Source: Euprymna scolopes
Taxonomy: Eukaryota
Assembly: GCA_053919585.1 (NCBI GenBank)
Contig: CM132792.1
Strand: one strand, 5' to 3'
Length of the DNA: 64,000 nt
Part shown: positions 49,171 to 60,819 of the stretch, piece by piece
How positions within the stretch are numbered: position 1 is the first letter of the stretch
Layout: every line of letters starts with the position of its first letter
The notes under the pieces: model-generated
Database searches by the model: none
The model's input: the letters and a program-made list of their open reading frames with translations, nothing else
What the model was told of the DNA's origin: nothing
Position numbers and translations under genes: made by a program

Positions 49171-49924
49171 AGGAAGATTAGATGAATTTTTTGTTCTGGA
49201 ATCCGGTAAGACCAAGAGACCACAAGAAAGATATACTATAACATATGTAAATGGTCAATTTGAGAGAGAAACTTCTTTACTAAGTGGTTGAGAGGTAAAG
49301 GAGAAACTTTAATGGAATATTCGAATGAGATCAAGTGTTAGCTCTAGAAAGGGGCCCTTGATTTCTAAGAACGTCGACTAACTTAAAACAAAACAAAAAA
49401 CATTAGAAATTTCCTCTCGGTTGTTAATTATTTCTGCGAATGATAAAGAAAGATTAAACACATGTTTTGTTTGGCTTTCCCAGTCAAATTAGCGAAAGTT
49501 GGTTTGTTAGAATTTTTTTTTATTTTATTTTTTTTTTTTTTGTAAAATTGACTTTTTTTCTTTTTTTTTTTTAATTTTCCCTCCGTATTTAGTAATTATT
49601 TTTCCCAATAACCAATTAGAAACTTTTCTTTGAAAAAAAAAAAAAAAAAAAATGAGTACCACAAAAAATGTGGCAAGGTGCATAGTTCTACACGAAAATA
49701 AGAAATTCGCAAAGATTATGGTGTAATCTTGGTAGAACATGCTATTGAAGAAGCCTTTTGTAAATCTCATTGATATTGCTGTGTATGCGAATGATAGAAC
49801 CAACTATCAAATAAGATGCTTTTTTACTGTCACCATTTTATAGTTAAATATTTAGAGATTTATAAATTAGTACAGAATCGGTAATTGTATTGGAACCGGG
49901 AAAAATATTGGAATCGTCCCATCA

Positions 49925-49959
<35 letters not shown>

Positions 49960-49962
<3 letters not shown>

Positions 49963-50060
49963 CACACATAAAAGAGAATAGAAAAAAGACTTAGTGTTTA
50001 GTTTCAGCTTCTCTTATTTTATCCTTCAGTCCTCACATACCAGGAGCGATATTTGTGACA
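49960..50060. mobile_element. 101-bp TG..CA element (mini solo LTR or MITE)
   Basis: TGTCACACATA / TATTTGTGACA inverted ends; no clear TSD. Confidence 0.45.
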
Positions 50061-50607
50061 AAGGGGAAGAATTATTATTTTCTGAGTCAAAATCTATCCA
50101 TCTATCACTTATTGTTGGTTAGTTTTTTGTTTGTTTTTTATTAACATTGAAGTATTTTTAGCTCCTTACATCAACTGGCTTCATACCTTGTCTGGAGCGA
50201 TTTTCACAATATATATTCAGTGAAATAACTTTTGATAATTCAGGAGTTATTATTCTTCCAATCTACGCATTTATGAAACAATATGTTATTAGAATGCCGC
50301 TTTTTGAAAAAATAAAAACTGGCAGCCATTTTGAATCAGGACTGTACTAGTTTTATAAATGATGTTGTTTGACATGAAACCAAAGCTGTCTGTCTGGATG
50401 TTCTTCACCTTCAGTCTATGGATTCTAACAGTTATAATTAACACACTTGATCGGAAAAAATCGAGGAAACGCTAAGCTTAAAAATTGTTTGAGAAGCTGA
50501 TTAACGTATCATGAACTGTGTTACTTCTTGCTTTTATTACTTGTTTCAATTATATCTAATATAATTAATATCTCTGAAACGATCGTAAGCTAATTTAATT
50601 TTGTTTA

Positions 50608-51341
50608 TCTATATATATATAAAAAGGCAAAACGGCCACGTGTGTTATTGTATGTCCAAGAAAGTCTTTTTACGGGAGGGGGAGGGGTCTCCAGAGGGTT
50701 ACTATTTTTAGAACTTTTTATATACTCCCTAGATTATAATATCTACGATTTGCGAACGAACGTCGTCCCTACATTTATTTTGATCGACTTTTATAAAATT
50801 CCATCTATTTCATCCTTTCGCATGTTTGTTCGTCTTTTTCATTTAAATAAAGCGAAACTCACCGAAACAAAGGCATCGTCTTGAAAGCAAGTAGATTTGA
50901 TCAATGTGTGTGTGGGGGGGGGGACCTCTGATATCAAACAATTTCTATTCATTTGGATACTGCCAGAGTTCCCCCCTTTTTTGGGAGGAGCTGGTTTTCC
51001 CCAACAACGGCGGGTGGAAAGCTGAAGTGCGTGATTTCATTTCTGCACCTGCGTGAACTCATTCACTTAACTTTCACTTTCTGATCGCTAAATTTGAATG
51101 CTTTTCACTTCTTCTCGTGTCATAGCGCAGCTGTAAAATCTCACGTTTTCTTTCACTTTCTTTTCCGCCTTTGCATCAAGGCTTCGGGTTCGAGCCTACC
51201 TGCCTACTAACACTTTTTTTCTTTTTTTTTTCACATTCTTTTCCTCCTTCGCTGTTTGGGTTCGAGCCTGCCTTACTACCACTTTTTTTTTTTCCTCCAC
51301 GTACCCTTATAAACACCCGGGCAACGCCAGGCACTCGCTAG
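50608..51341 (+). mobile_element. Non-autonomous Helitron with H3-related 3' part
   Basis: A|TCTATATATATAT..CCCGGGCAACGCCAGG CACTCG CTAG|T. Confidence 0.85.
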
Positions 51342-51384
51342 TTAAAAATATGATGATCTTTAATTGTTTCTAGTTTTAAATTAA

Positions 51385-51575
51385 TTTTTTTTTTTTTACA
51401 AAAGAATCACCACTTATCAAGGCCCAAAGGCCCCTCGAGTACAACGGTTAAAGAGTGTACAGTGGTCAAACGGACAATATCATAGTAATCGTTAGAAGTG
51501 TAAATTTGGTAAATTGAATTACTTTAGGGAAACTGTTCATCAAGAACTTGTTTACATTGGACTTGAAGACGGCCA
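51385..51575 (-). mobile_element. CR1 3' end
   Basis: Reverse complement of the 26310-26495 tail. Confidence 0.85.
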
Positions 51576-51787
51576 TGAAACACATAGATATTGGAATATT
51601 CCATTAAATAAGAATATTAATTTTCCACTCCCTGATTGATATATATTATAGCAAAGCTTTCTTGTAGTGTCTTGGTATTACAGTATAAATAATATCATGC
51701 CAGATTGTTCTGGCAAACCCCCTGTACAGAGAGCCCTTAGACACTTGAGGATAGTGTCTAGTAGGCATCCAAGTTCTCTCCAGTAGG

Positions 51788-51862
<75 letters not shown>

Positions 51863-51899
51863 ACAAAGTCGACAGTTTGTCTGTATCAGTTATCATAGC

Positions 51900-52105
51900 C
51901 CTAAAACCATTTTGGAGACAAGCTGTGCGGTGTTAAACCAACTTGGCATAATAACCAAGTTCATTGCGTTCATTTCATTGTATGCCCTTTTCGGCTTTAC
52001 AAAGTTGGGTTTCAGGAAAGCAAATATAGGGAATTGAAAACAGACTTTGAATGTCCAGATGTTATTGATTTTCATTCCACGACTCAGACAAAAGAACAGA
52101 CTTAA
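51900..52105 (-). pseudogene. Possible LINE APE endonuclease remnant
   Basis: FCL.ESW..LFSIP..RK across frameshifts. Confidence 0.35.
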
Positions 52106-52702
52106 AAAAAAAAAACATCCTATAGATTTGAGATGAATACATGCAAATTCTTAAATGTACATTTACAATACTGAATAGGCCGTGACACTAACCTGCCTTG
52201 TCTCTGTGGTTATTCAGTACGACAGTCAGTTGAATGAATGTGTATGTATGTATGTATGTATATATATATATACTCGTGGTTTTTTTTTATTCAAAAGTAA
52301 TGGACTAGTGAATTCAACGAGGTTGTTAGATAGTGCTCAATAAAAAGAGCTACATTAATTCTTACTTTCTCTCTTTCTCTCTTTAACTATATTTCATCAT
52401 TCTTTCTTTTCTCTTCTAGCCCTTATTTTCTTTATAGTAACCCTTTATATCTTTTTCTCTTTTTCTTCTCCATATATTTTTTTCTCTATTTTCTTTCTCT
52501 ATTTATTTTCTTTCTCTATTTCTTTTTTCTCCTCTTAATCATTCTCTCTCCATTATAATTTTTTAACTTTATTTAGATTGCCCCTCCCTCTTTACATCTT
52601 ATAATTAATGTTCTGTGTTTTAAGGTTTTTTAACTCCAACTTTTAAAGAATTCCTACCTAAAATAAAAATCCATTATTCAATGAACATTTGAATAGTCAA
52701 GT

Positions 52703-52757
52703 CGCTGCCTGATGATATCTGTTGTTTGATTGAAACAAGTGGCTGTTTGTAGCAGCG
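52703..52757 (+). ncRNA. Type I hammerhead ribozyme in a solo pseudo-LTR (52272-52791)
   Basis: CGCTGC CTGATGA TATC TGTTGTTT GATT GAAA CAAG TGGCTG TTT GTA^ GCAGCG; T-T mismatch at the base of stem II. Confidence 0.85.
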
Positions 52758-52789
52758 GGATGTGAGCATGTTTATATAACAATAAACAA

Positions 52790-52860
<71 letters not shown>

Positions 52861-52861
52861 A

Positions 52862-53407
52862 CGGGAATTTTACGGAAAATGCCGGAAGGTGCCTAACGAA
52901 AGTTTTGTGATTTTTTTTTTTTTCAAGCATGTGCTGGCCAATGTTTTCAATGAAAACATATTATTTCTGTCAGTACGAAGTTAATTCAATGAAAAATTAA
53001 TTGAAAAATAAAAACAATTTCAACGAAAAGTTAATTTAAAAATAAAATGAAAACAATATACTTTAATAATGATTATTTTACAAGACTTTTAGAAAATTAA
53101 AATCCACATCAAGGAAAAAAAACATTCATTGTAAGGTAAGTTTCATGAATAATTTTTTTGAATAACAAACAACTGACAGCAAACACAGTTAAAAAAAAAA
53201 AATTCCATTATTTTTTCTTTTACATTTTTTTTTTTTTTGATTATTCATAATTTCTTTTTGTTCAAATCGAGATAAATATATCGATTTTTTATAATAAATC
53301 AATGATAGCAAACACGATTTCTTTATGATGTTTTTTTTTTTTTTTTGTATTAAGGTTAAAGAACTCAGCGTTTCGGTACCTTCCAGTATTTTCTGTAAAC
53401 TTCCCGG
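52862..53407. mobile_element. MITE with imperfect about 32-bp TIRs
   Basis: CGGGAATTTTACGGAAAATGCCGGAAGGTGCC vs GGTACCTTCCAGTATTTTCTGTAAACTTCCCG. Confidence 0.65.
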
Positions 53408-53409
53408 AC

Positions 53410-53833
53410 GGTTCCAATGATAGCACAGTCTTTATACTTCATAAGTACGAGTGATGATACGATTCCAATGCAGTTACAGATTTCGATTCTTTATAAATAT
53501 TTAACTATAAAACGCAATATTTTGCCGATTAAAAAAAAAGTAAAAACATGTTAAATGTGCAGATATTTTTTCAAACATAAAAATACGCTTGTTCAGAATT
53601 ATCTATAGATTTTAGTTTTACTGATAATTCAAAATCAGTAAGTATTTACCATTTTAACATTACCACCAAGAGTGTTAGATTTTGTTTGAATATCAAAAGC
53701 AAATAAAAAAGACAATGGAAAGAATCGTTTTTGGCATTGGGAAATAGGCACAAAATTTTTCGATACCGATTCCAATACCCCAAGAAATTCCGATTTTTTC
53801 AATTCCCGATTTCAATTAATCGTCCCAACATTA
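53410..53833. mobile_element. hAT-type MITE; related ends at 43320-43520 and 49800-49928
   Basis: Terminus ATCGTCCCA(A/T)CA.TA in three places; AAAGAATCGTTTTTGGCAT.GG.AAATAGGCACAA shared. Confidence 0.65.
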
Positions 53834-53874
53834 AGTACCAAAATTGAGAAAAAAATAATTTTTTTAAAAATAAA

Positions 53875-54301
53875 TCTATATATCTACAAAAGTGAACGTA
53901 TCTGTGTGTGTGTGTCTGTGTGTGTACATTTCCCTATGCAATAACTCTGTCAATTCTTAGTCTACAGACTCGAAATTTGACATACAGGGTACTGAGATTT
54001 GGGAAAATCTATGTGATCGGTTTTCGGCCAGAAATTTGACTGTTAAAGGGTCAAAGTTTAAGGATTTGACCTTTGAGAACTCTACCAAACTCCTCCGCCA
54101 ATTTTGGGTCTAAACACTTGAAATTTTAGATTTTGGCTATGGATCTAACTTAATAACTTGATTTGGGCCCAAAACAAATGTTAAGGGGTCAAAGTTTTAA
54201 AAAACATGACTTTTTTTTTGTTGTTGTTTTTTAGTTTTTTTTTTTTTTTTTGCTCAGCATACACCTCTAAACACCCGGGCAACACCGGGCACCCATGCTA
54301 G
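53875..54301 (+). mobile_element. Helitron H2, complete
   Basis: A|TCTATATATCTACAAAAGTGAACG..CCCGGGCAACACCGGG CACCCATG CTAG|T. Confidence 0.9.
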
Positions 54302-54399
54302 TAGATAATACATTTTAAACTCCAGAGAGCTTCTCCACATAACTGAGAATAGAAGTTCCGCTGAGGAGGCAGTTGTTTCGTTATGTAAGAACAGGTCAT

Positions 54400-54985
54400 A
54401 TTGAAGCACTTGCTAAAAGCATCTTCAGCGCTGTTTTTATCATTTTTTATTATCCTTATGAATCGTCTGTGTAGCCATTTTTCTTCCCACTTTTTATTTC
54501 CTCGTCTTTCATTTACCTGTCTTTCATTTCTGTTGATTTGATTGTGTCTGCTTCCAAATAATTGTAGGTGTTTTGTTCACCTAGTGCCCTTATTTCTTCT
54601 TAGTTGAGTAGTTTCATTTCTTCTGCTGCCTAAAATTTATCCCTTTTTATAATTAAGTTTTTCATTTAGAATTTCATTCTGATATCCTGGCTGAAGATTA
54701 TTGTTGTGTTTTTTTTTATTATTATTTACATAGGCGTCACCACTTATCAAGGCCGATCGGCCACTCAAGGATAAGGGTTAAAGAGTATAGAGTAGTCAAA
54801 AGGACAATATAGTAATCAACAGTAATGGAAGTTCGGTAAATTTGTTTAAATGTGTCTGTTTCCTATATTTCTTGCAAAAAGTTTCAGGTCATCCATATAC
54901 ATTAGGTGGTTCCTTCTTTCGTCTGTATTAATAATATTATATCTATTTTGTCATTTCCTTAGTATAGTATCAAGAGGCATCGTGC
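54400..54985 (-). pseudogene. R4/Dong-clade RT fragment split by a CR1 tail (54712-54850)
   Basis: MPLDTILRK..NHLMYMDDLKLFARN | IFSQDIRMKF..EEIRALGEQNTYNYLEADTIK. Confidence 0.85.
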
Positions 54986-55214
54986 CTATATGAAAAAAAG
55001 TCTGGAAACTTATTGAAGGCACCCCACCCCGTATATTGTTATCACTTCCTCGCATGTTTTCCTTGAATTTTTCCTGATTCTACACCCACTAAACACCAAA
55101 ACTTTTATTATTTCAATATGACTATACCATCGAAGTTACCTGTTCTGCAAATATCTTTTTGTACTATCCAGATTTTATCTTCTGGGCTTATCGGAACTAA
55201 GCTCGCCTTTAATA

Positions 55215-55745
55215 TTCACATTTCATGTCCATCGTATCATTCTCATATCATTCTTCTCCATGCAACGCATGTCCGCAACCCTAATTGACCAAGTCTCACT
55301 TTCATACATCCATCACACTACGTACACGTGCTGGATATACTCTTCCTCTCATTGACAGTGGTAACACTCTGCTGACAGAACTTCCCTGTATTTTCTCTCC
55401 TTACTCCTAATTTCTGCCATCACACTACTACCTGCTCTACCTGCGCTCTAATGGTATCACTAACATACCAAAACTTCTCAGCAACATCATTAGTTTCAAC
55501 ATCCACATCCAGGTATACTTTCTGGACATCTGAGTTCTCATCTGTCTTCATTTTTCTTTTTTTACATTTCTTACACACAAATTACTTATCCTCTTACTGT
55601 AGTGATTTCACTGCAATTTTTGTGTACCCGATGTTGACATTGAATTGCACCGACACTCTTTCTTTAAACCGAGCAGCGGATTTTCCTCTTCCTGAAAACT
55701 TTCCAACACTACAATCACTGATTATAACTTTGTTCTTAATAACAT
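55215..55745 (-). mobile_element. RTE LINE fragment
   Basis: KFWYVSDTISAG..PLSMRGRVY..VRSVMDV.SETW..MRMIRW; same family as 12465 and 15262. Confidence 0.8.
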
Positions 55746-56874
55746 TGATATAATATCAGGAAAAAAAATTCAATAGAAGAATTAACATCGCATATTTGTT
55801 TAGATAGCCATACTAGTTTAAAGAATCTTAAGACCCTTAAAACTAAAGATGACTACCTAAATTTTTCTGACGTAATATTTCTGGTTTTCTGATGAATGTA
55901 CATAAGAAAAAAATTCAATATTGACATATTAATAATGATTTTTTTTTTCTGCATAACGAAACAGGTCTGTAAAATGTACAGAAGTTTTGATATAATGACA
56001 GACCTAAATGGTAAGATTAATAAAACCTTGGAACTTGAAATATAGCTAAATTGGTATTCATTTGTACATGCTGTGTTGTTATATTTAACTAACATTGAGC
56101 TTCTAGATTAAGAGGATTAACATCCACAAAAGGTGAAATATAATAGAAAAAGCATATTTTCCCATAATCATATGTATATATGTATGTTTTATATTTCAAT
56201 CATCCCAAAGAAGTCTTGAAATAAAGACGAAACATTGATGAATATATAAATAATTTTGTTATTTGCATTTTTCTTTTGTTTCATTTTACTTCTTTGTTCA
56301 AAGTTCTCAAACATCAAGGGGGAGACCCTTCCTGGAGATAACCCTTGATCTCTATATGAGATACATAAATAATCGAATGTTCTATTAATTGTTCTCTTTT
56401 ACCTCAAACGTTGAGTTAATAAAAAAAATTATGGATATTAATTTTCCTTTCACTCATTGACCAGTTAACTATGTTATAGCATATCTTTCTTTTGTCTCTT
56501 TGTATGAATGGATTCCAGGACAAGAATTCATATAATCTGATGGAGTATCCACCTTAGTGTTGTTACTATAGACAACATCACTTAGAAAAGATTAACCATC
56601 CTTGCATGAGTAAATGTAGAGTAGCCTTACCTGAGGGGATCTCATTTGGACTTTAAATACTATGTTATTTTTTTAACTATTTTTAACTATTTTGTCAGTG
56701 TTTACTTGTACGGTGAAGTATCCTCATTCCAGGTTGTCCTGACAAAATCATCTCCAGAAAGATCTTAGACACTCATGAGCAGTGTCTAGTAGGCTTTTAA
56801 GTTCTATAATATAAAGACCCGAAGCATTTGAGAAGAATGTCTAATTCTCATATATGATTAGTTAAGCAGTGTTT

Positions 56875-57215
56875 TTTTGTTTTTTTTTAACTCTTTTTCA
56901 CCCTAAACAAAGCATGTTGTCACTGTTGGGGCTACTATTTGGAATCGTATCCAACAGGACACTTTGTAGAGTTGAGTAGTGAGGTGTTTGTTTGCATTAC
57001 ATTTAACTCCTCCGGGTTATTTCAGTCAGGGATGCATGAAAACAGGGAGGGAATTCCAAAGTCTTGCAGTCCATGAGCAGAAACTATTAGAGTAGAAAGC
57101 TTTCCAGCATTTAGGAACCAACAATGAAGGGGTGAGATTTTGTGTTTCAATTAATGTTGCCTGTAAATGTTAAGCTAAAGAGTTTGAAGGCTGGGTTCTG
57201 AGGTAGAGTATAACT
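56875..57215 (-). mobile_element. CR1-group LINE 3' end, second family
   Basis: SHPF..VPKCWKAFYSNSFCSWTARLWNSLP. Confidence 0.75.
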
Positions 57216-57249
57216 TGTCATCACAACTGGTAGTTGAGAAGGAGTTTTG

Positions 57250-57440
57250 TAGTTGTTAGAGGAAAGAAGTTTAGTCTTAGTAGCATTAAAGGAGGTCGTT
57301 TTTTAGGGATTCTGCCATTGCCTTGAATATGTGTTGTATGTGATTCAGGTTTTTCTAATATTTGCGGGTCAAAATCTGTTGTAATATTTTTGGTCTCCTT
57401 ATGAGGGTATGATTTAAAACAACGGAAGGTAGACAAGGAT
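57250..57440 (-). pseudogene. Possible PLE GIY-YIG C-terminal remnant
   Basis: TDFDPQILEK..KKRPPL..FFPL; a decayed HHR-like motif lies on the opposite strand at 57774-57810. Confidence 0.4.
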
Positions 57441-57897
57441 GATAAATTTCTCTTTTCTCCTAAAAATAAAAAAAATTAATAAATAAAAAAAACTTCAAAT
57501 TAAGTCCATATAGAATCCACGTGGTTGGATGTAAATATATATTGCTGCAGTTTTAAATTTATAGTTTCACAGAGTATATCCCTGAAGTAATTATTTGTAT
57601 TTTTTAAAAATAGTTTGCTTGAAGCATTGTTTAATGTATATATGAGAAGAAATGTAAGTTTATAGAAGGCAGAACAATGCAAAGGTTTGACGGATAGACT
57701 TAAACTGACACAACTTAAGATATAATGGTTGAACTAGCTATGCAGTTTCACTTTTATTGAGCCAATTCAAGTGACGAAGGGAAGACATCCCGAAATATAG
57801 CATCATGTATACACCGCCTGGTGCAAGTAAGAACATCCTACATGTAAAATATTGTGTGTGTGTATATACATACATATATATATATATATATTTTTAT

Positions 57898-58322
57898 ATG
57901 GCACAATCGCGCTGGCACACTGGTTCTTGCCAGATCACCAAAGTTAAGCAACATTAAGCCTGGCCAGTACCAAATGGGTGACCATTTGGGAAGTTTAGGC
58001 ACTGTATGTATTGCGCTGAGTCGTAGAAATTTCCAGATTGGTATCTGGGTGGCGCATTAATTCACTGGAGAGATGCACACCCAGTCTTCATTAAGACATG
58101 TATCTAGGAGAAGGAAACTCTGATGTAAAAACCTGCGATTTACTGCATACTCTGTCCTGTGCCAGTCGTCTGCACCGATAAAGGTTAGCAGCAATACCAA
58201 AAAGTGTGGATGGTTCTACACAAAGCCTTCACTACTATAAACAAATCATCTGCGTGGATTTTCGAGCAACTTAATTGTGACGGAAGCTCATACGTCGAAA
58301 TCTGCGGGAGAGTCTATCATAT
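57898..58322 (+). mobile_element. 5S rRNA-derived SINE, family B, with RTE-5'UTR-like central motif
   Basis: CACACTGGTTCTTGCCAGATCACCAAAGTTAAGCAAC..ATGGGTGACC..TGGGAA; CTAGGAGAAGGAAACTCTGA; truncated 5S head also at 59512-59590. Confidence 0.85.
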
Positions 58323-58569
58323 AATATTTTACATGTTGGATGTTCTTAGTTGCGTCAGGCGGTCAGGTGGTGTGTCCGTGATGCTGCTATATTTTAAGAC
58401 GTCTTCCCTTCGCACATGAATTGGATCAAGTGAAACTGCATAGCTGGTTTCACCATTATGTCTTTTGTTTATGTATTTTTAATGTTATTTTTTTATTGTG
58501 TTAATATTATGTATATTCTATTTTCTATTGATTTTTTTCTTATTCTGAATTTTGTTTTAATTTCTGTTT

Positions 58570-59362
58570 TGTACAGGTTGAAATGCAGTATAAAAGGGGA
58601 ATAACCGTGCTTGTATTATCATCAAATTTGTGTAATAATCATGAGATGTTTCAATAACGAACATCTTCCAGAGAGAGGAAGGGGAACATGTCGTCTGCAT
58701 CTGCACATGTATTGTAAACATATCAAAATAATTTGACAAATCGTTAATCGATATCTAAATGACACTTTGCAACATTAACTTAAATAATTTATTGCTATTA
58801 GGCTCCAACCCACATCATTAATATCTTGTGCATTGTCTTTTTGAAAGAGATAAATTTTCCATAATGTATTTGTGATTAATCTAGGCGCGGCCAACAAAAT
58901 GGGAAAAAAAAGTTTGTTTTTTTTAACGAATTAAAATCTATTAAAATCCATTCTTGAGAAACTTTTTTTTTTCTAAGAAAGATACAACCCTGAATTTTAT
59001 ATGAAAAGCAGAATAATATAAAACTTTTTCTATTATTTTTTGATAGAATTTTAAATTTAAAATTTTCCAAAATTACACCATTTACCACCATTTTTGCCTC
59101 GATGGAAAAAATATTTACATGTTTTTTTTTTTAAAGGTTTTTGAACCAATTATTATTTTTTGTCTAAATAAGATTATGAGAATATGCAAAACTATTATAA
59201 AATAAGTACCTGAATTTTAAATAATTACAACGTTTCATACCACTGTATAGATTTCGCGTGGCGAAATTAAAAAAAAAATTAATGATAGTTTAAAATAAAC
59301 TAAGGGAGCCTTGATCGGACTAAATAAACTTCATTTAGCCATGTAAATTTGAAGAGGGTTTA
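58570..59362 (+). mobile_element. Possible piggyBac 3' remnant
   Basis: HLPERGRGTCRL..YC..LC resembles the Cys-rich tail; AGGGTTTAA end. Confidence 0.25.
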
Positions 59363-59378
59363 ATTATTTTTTCATAAG

Positions 59379-59432
<54 letters not shown>

Positions 59433-59455
59433 CTTATGAAAATATAATTAAATCC

Positions 59456-59505
<50 letters not shown>

Positions 59506-60108
59506 CTACATAATCCCCGAATTTAAGCAACGAGTTTGGCCACTACCAGATGGGTGCCCATTTTAAGAAGGCTAGGCGCCGTACATGTTGAAGACAATTC
59601 CTACATCTAGTATCACGTTTGGTCTACCATAGGTGAATTAATATCAAGTAATAGGAAATTGCCGAAAGAAATTATCCTATTTTTAGCAAACTGTGCAGTT
59701 ATTTATCGTTTTCTTTTTTGGTATCGATTCTTCAAAATATTTTCTATTTAATAGTATATTAGCAATATTGGGCTCACTAAAAGAAAATTATTAATTTTTC
59801 AAAGATTTAAAAGTTATATTTTTCGTAAAAATAATGAAAATATATTAAAATTTTTTGCAAATCTGAAAGATAATAATTATTATCAATGAATTTCACACTT
59901 TAAAACACAATAGATGAAAAATTAAACATATTCAAAATTCGGATTTTCAACCTTAAAATCTGATACCTGCGCAGTTGTTCTTTTTGTTTAGTCTTTATTT
60001 TTATTTTTTTTTTTTTTTTGTCTACAATCCTCACTCTCCCCACAATACAATATATTTTATTCAGTTTCGGCTGATTATTTACCCACAAATAAAGAAGAGG
60101 GTTGTAGG

Positions 60109-60159
<51 letters not shown>

Positions 60160-60819
60160 ATTATAAACAAGTGAACCATTATAGAGTTCATTTTTCACTT
60201 AATAACTGGTGAAAATTTCGCATAGATTGGATAATTATTTGATTTTTGGTAGATTTTTAAAGCGAGATGCCGTCAAAAATACTTACTCCCTCCTTTCGTT
60301 TTGGCCTTGCTTAGATTAATTGCTCTGCTAATATAATAAACTGTGTTTTGAGACAAGTAATGAGTACTGAGAGGAAAAAATCTAAATGTTTGACGCTTGA
60401 AATAATTTTAAGATTGCCATTATGTTGTGGTCATTTACACACTAGTATTGTTAGAAAAGATATAAACTTGTAATTCCCTATCTCCTTAACTATGTGTAGC
60501 AGGAGGAGTTGCTTCCCCTATTTTTATCACTTCATGGTAAAAGAACTAAAAAAATGAGAACTCAGTAACAAGACAGAAAAGTCCTGACGGAATAAGTTCA
60601 TAAAATTACACAATGAAATGGTAAAGATTCGATACCTATGTAAAAGATATGTCCATATTGTTATCTTTATATTTACTACATAAATAAGTTTGTTAACATA
60701 TTAAAATATGTAGTTGAGTGTTTCATTTCTGGGGAGGAAATAGAGAGCAGACTAGTGAATCTATTTGCTTATGGATTGGAGATGGGATCATGTGCTTTAC
60801 ATTTCATTTTATCGCGTTA

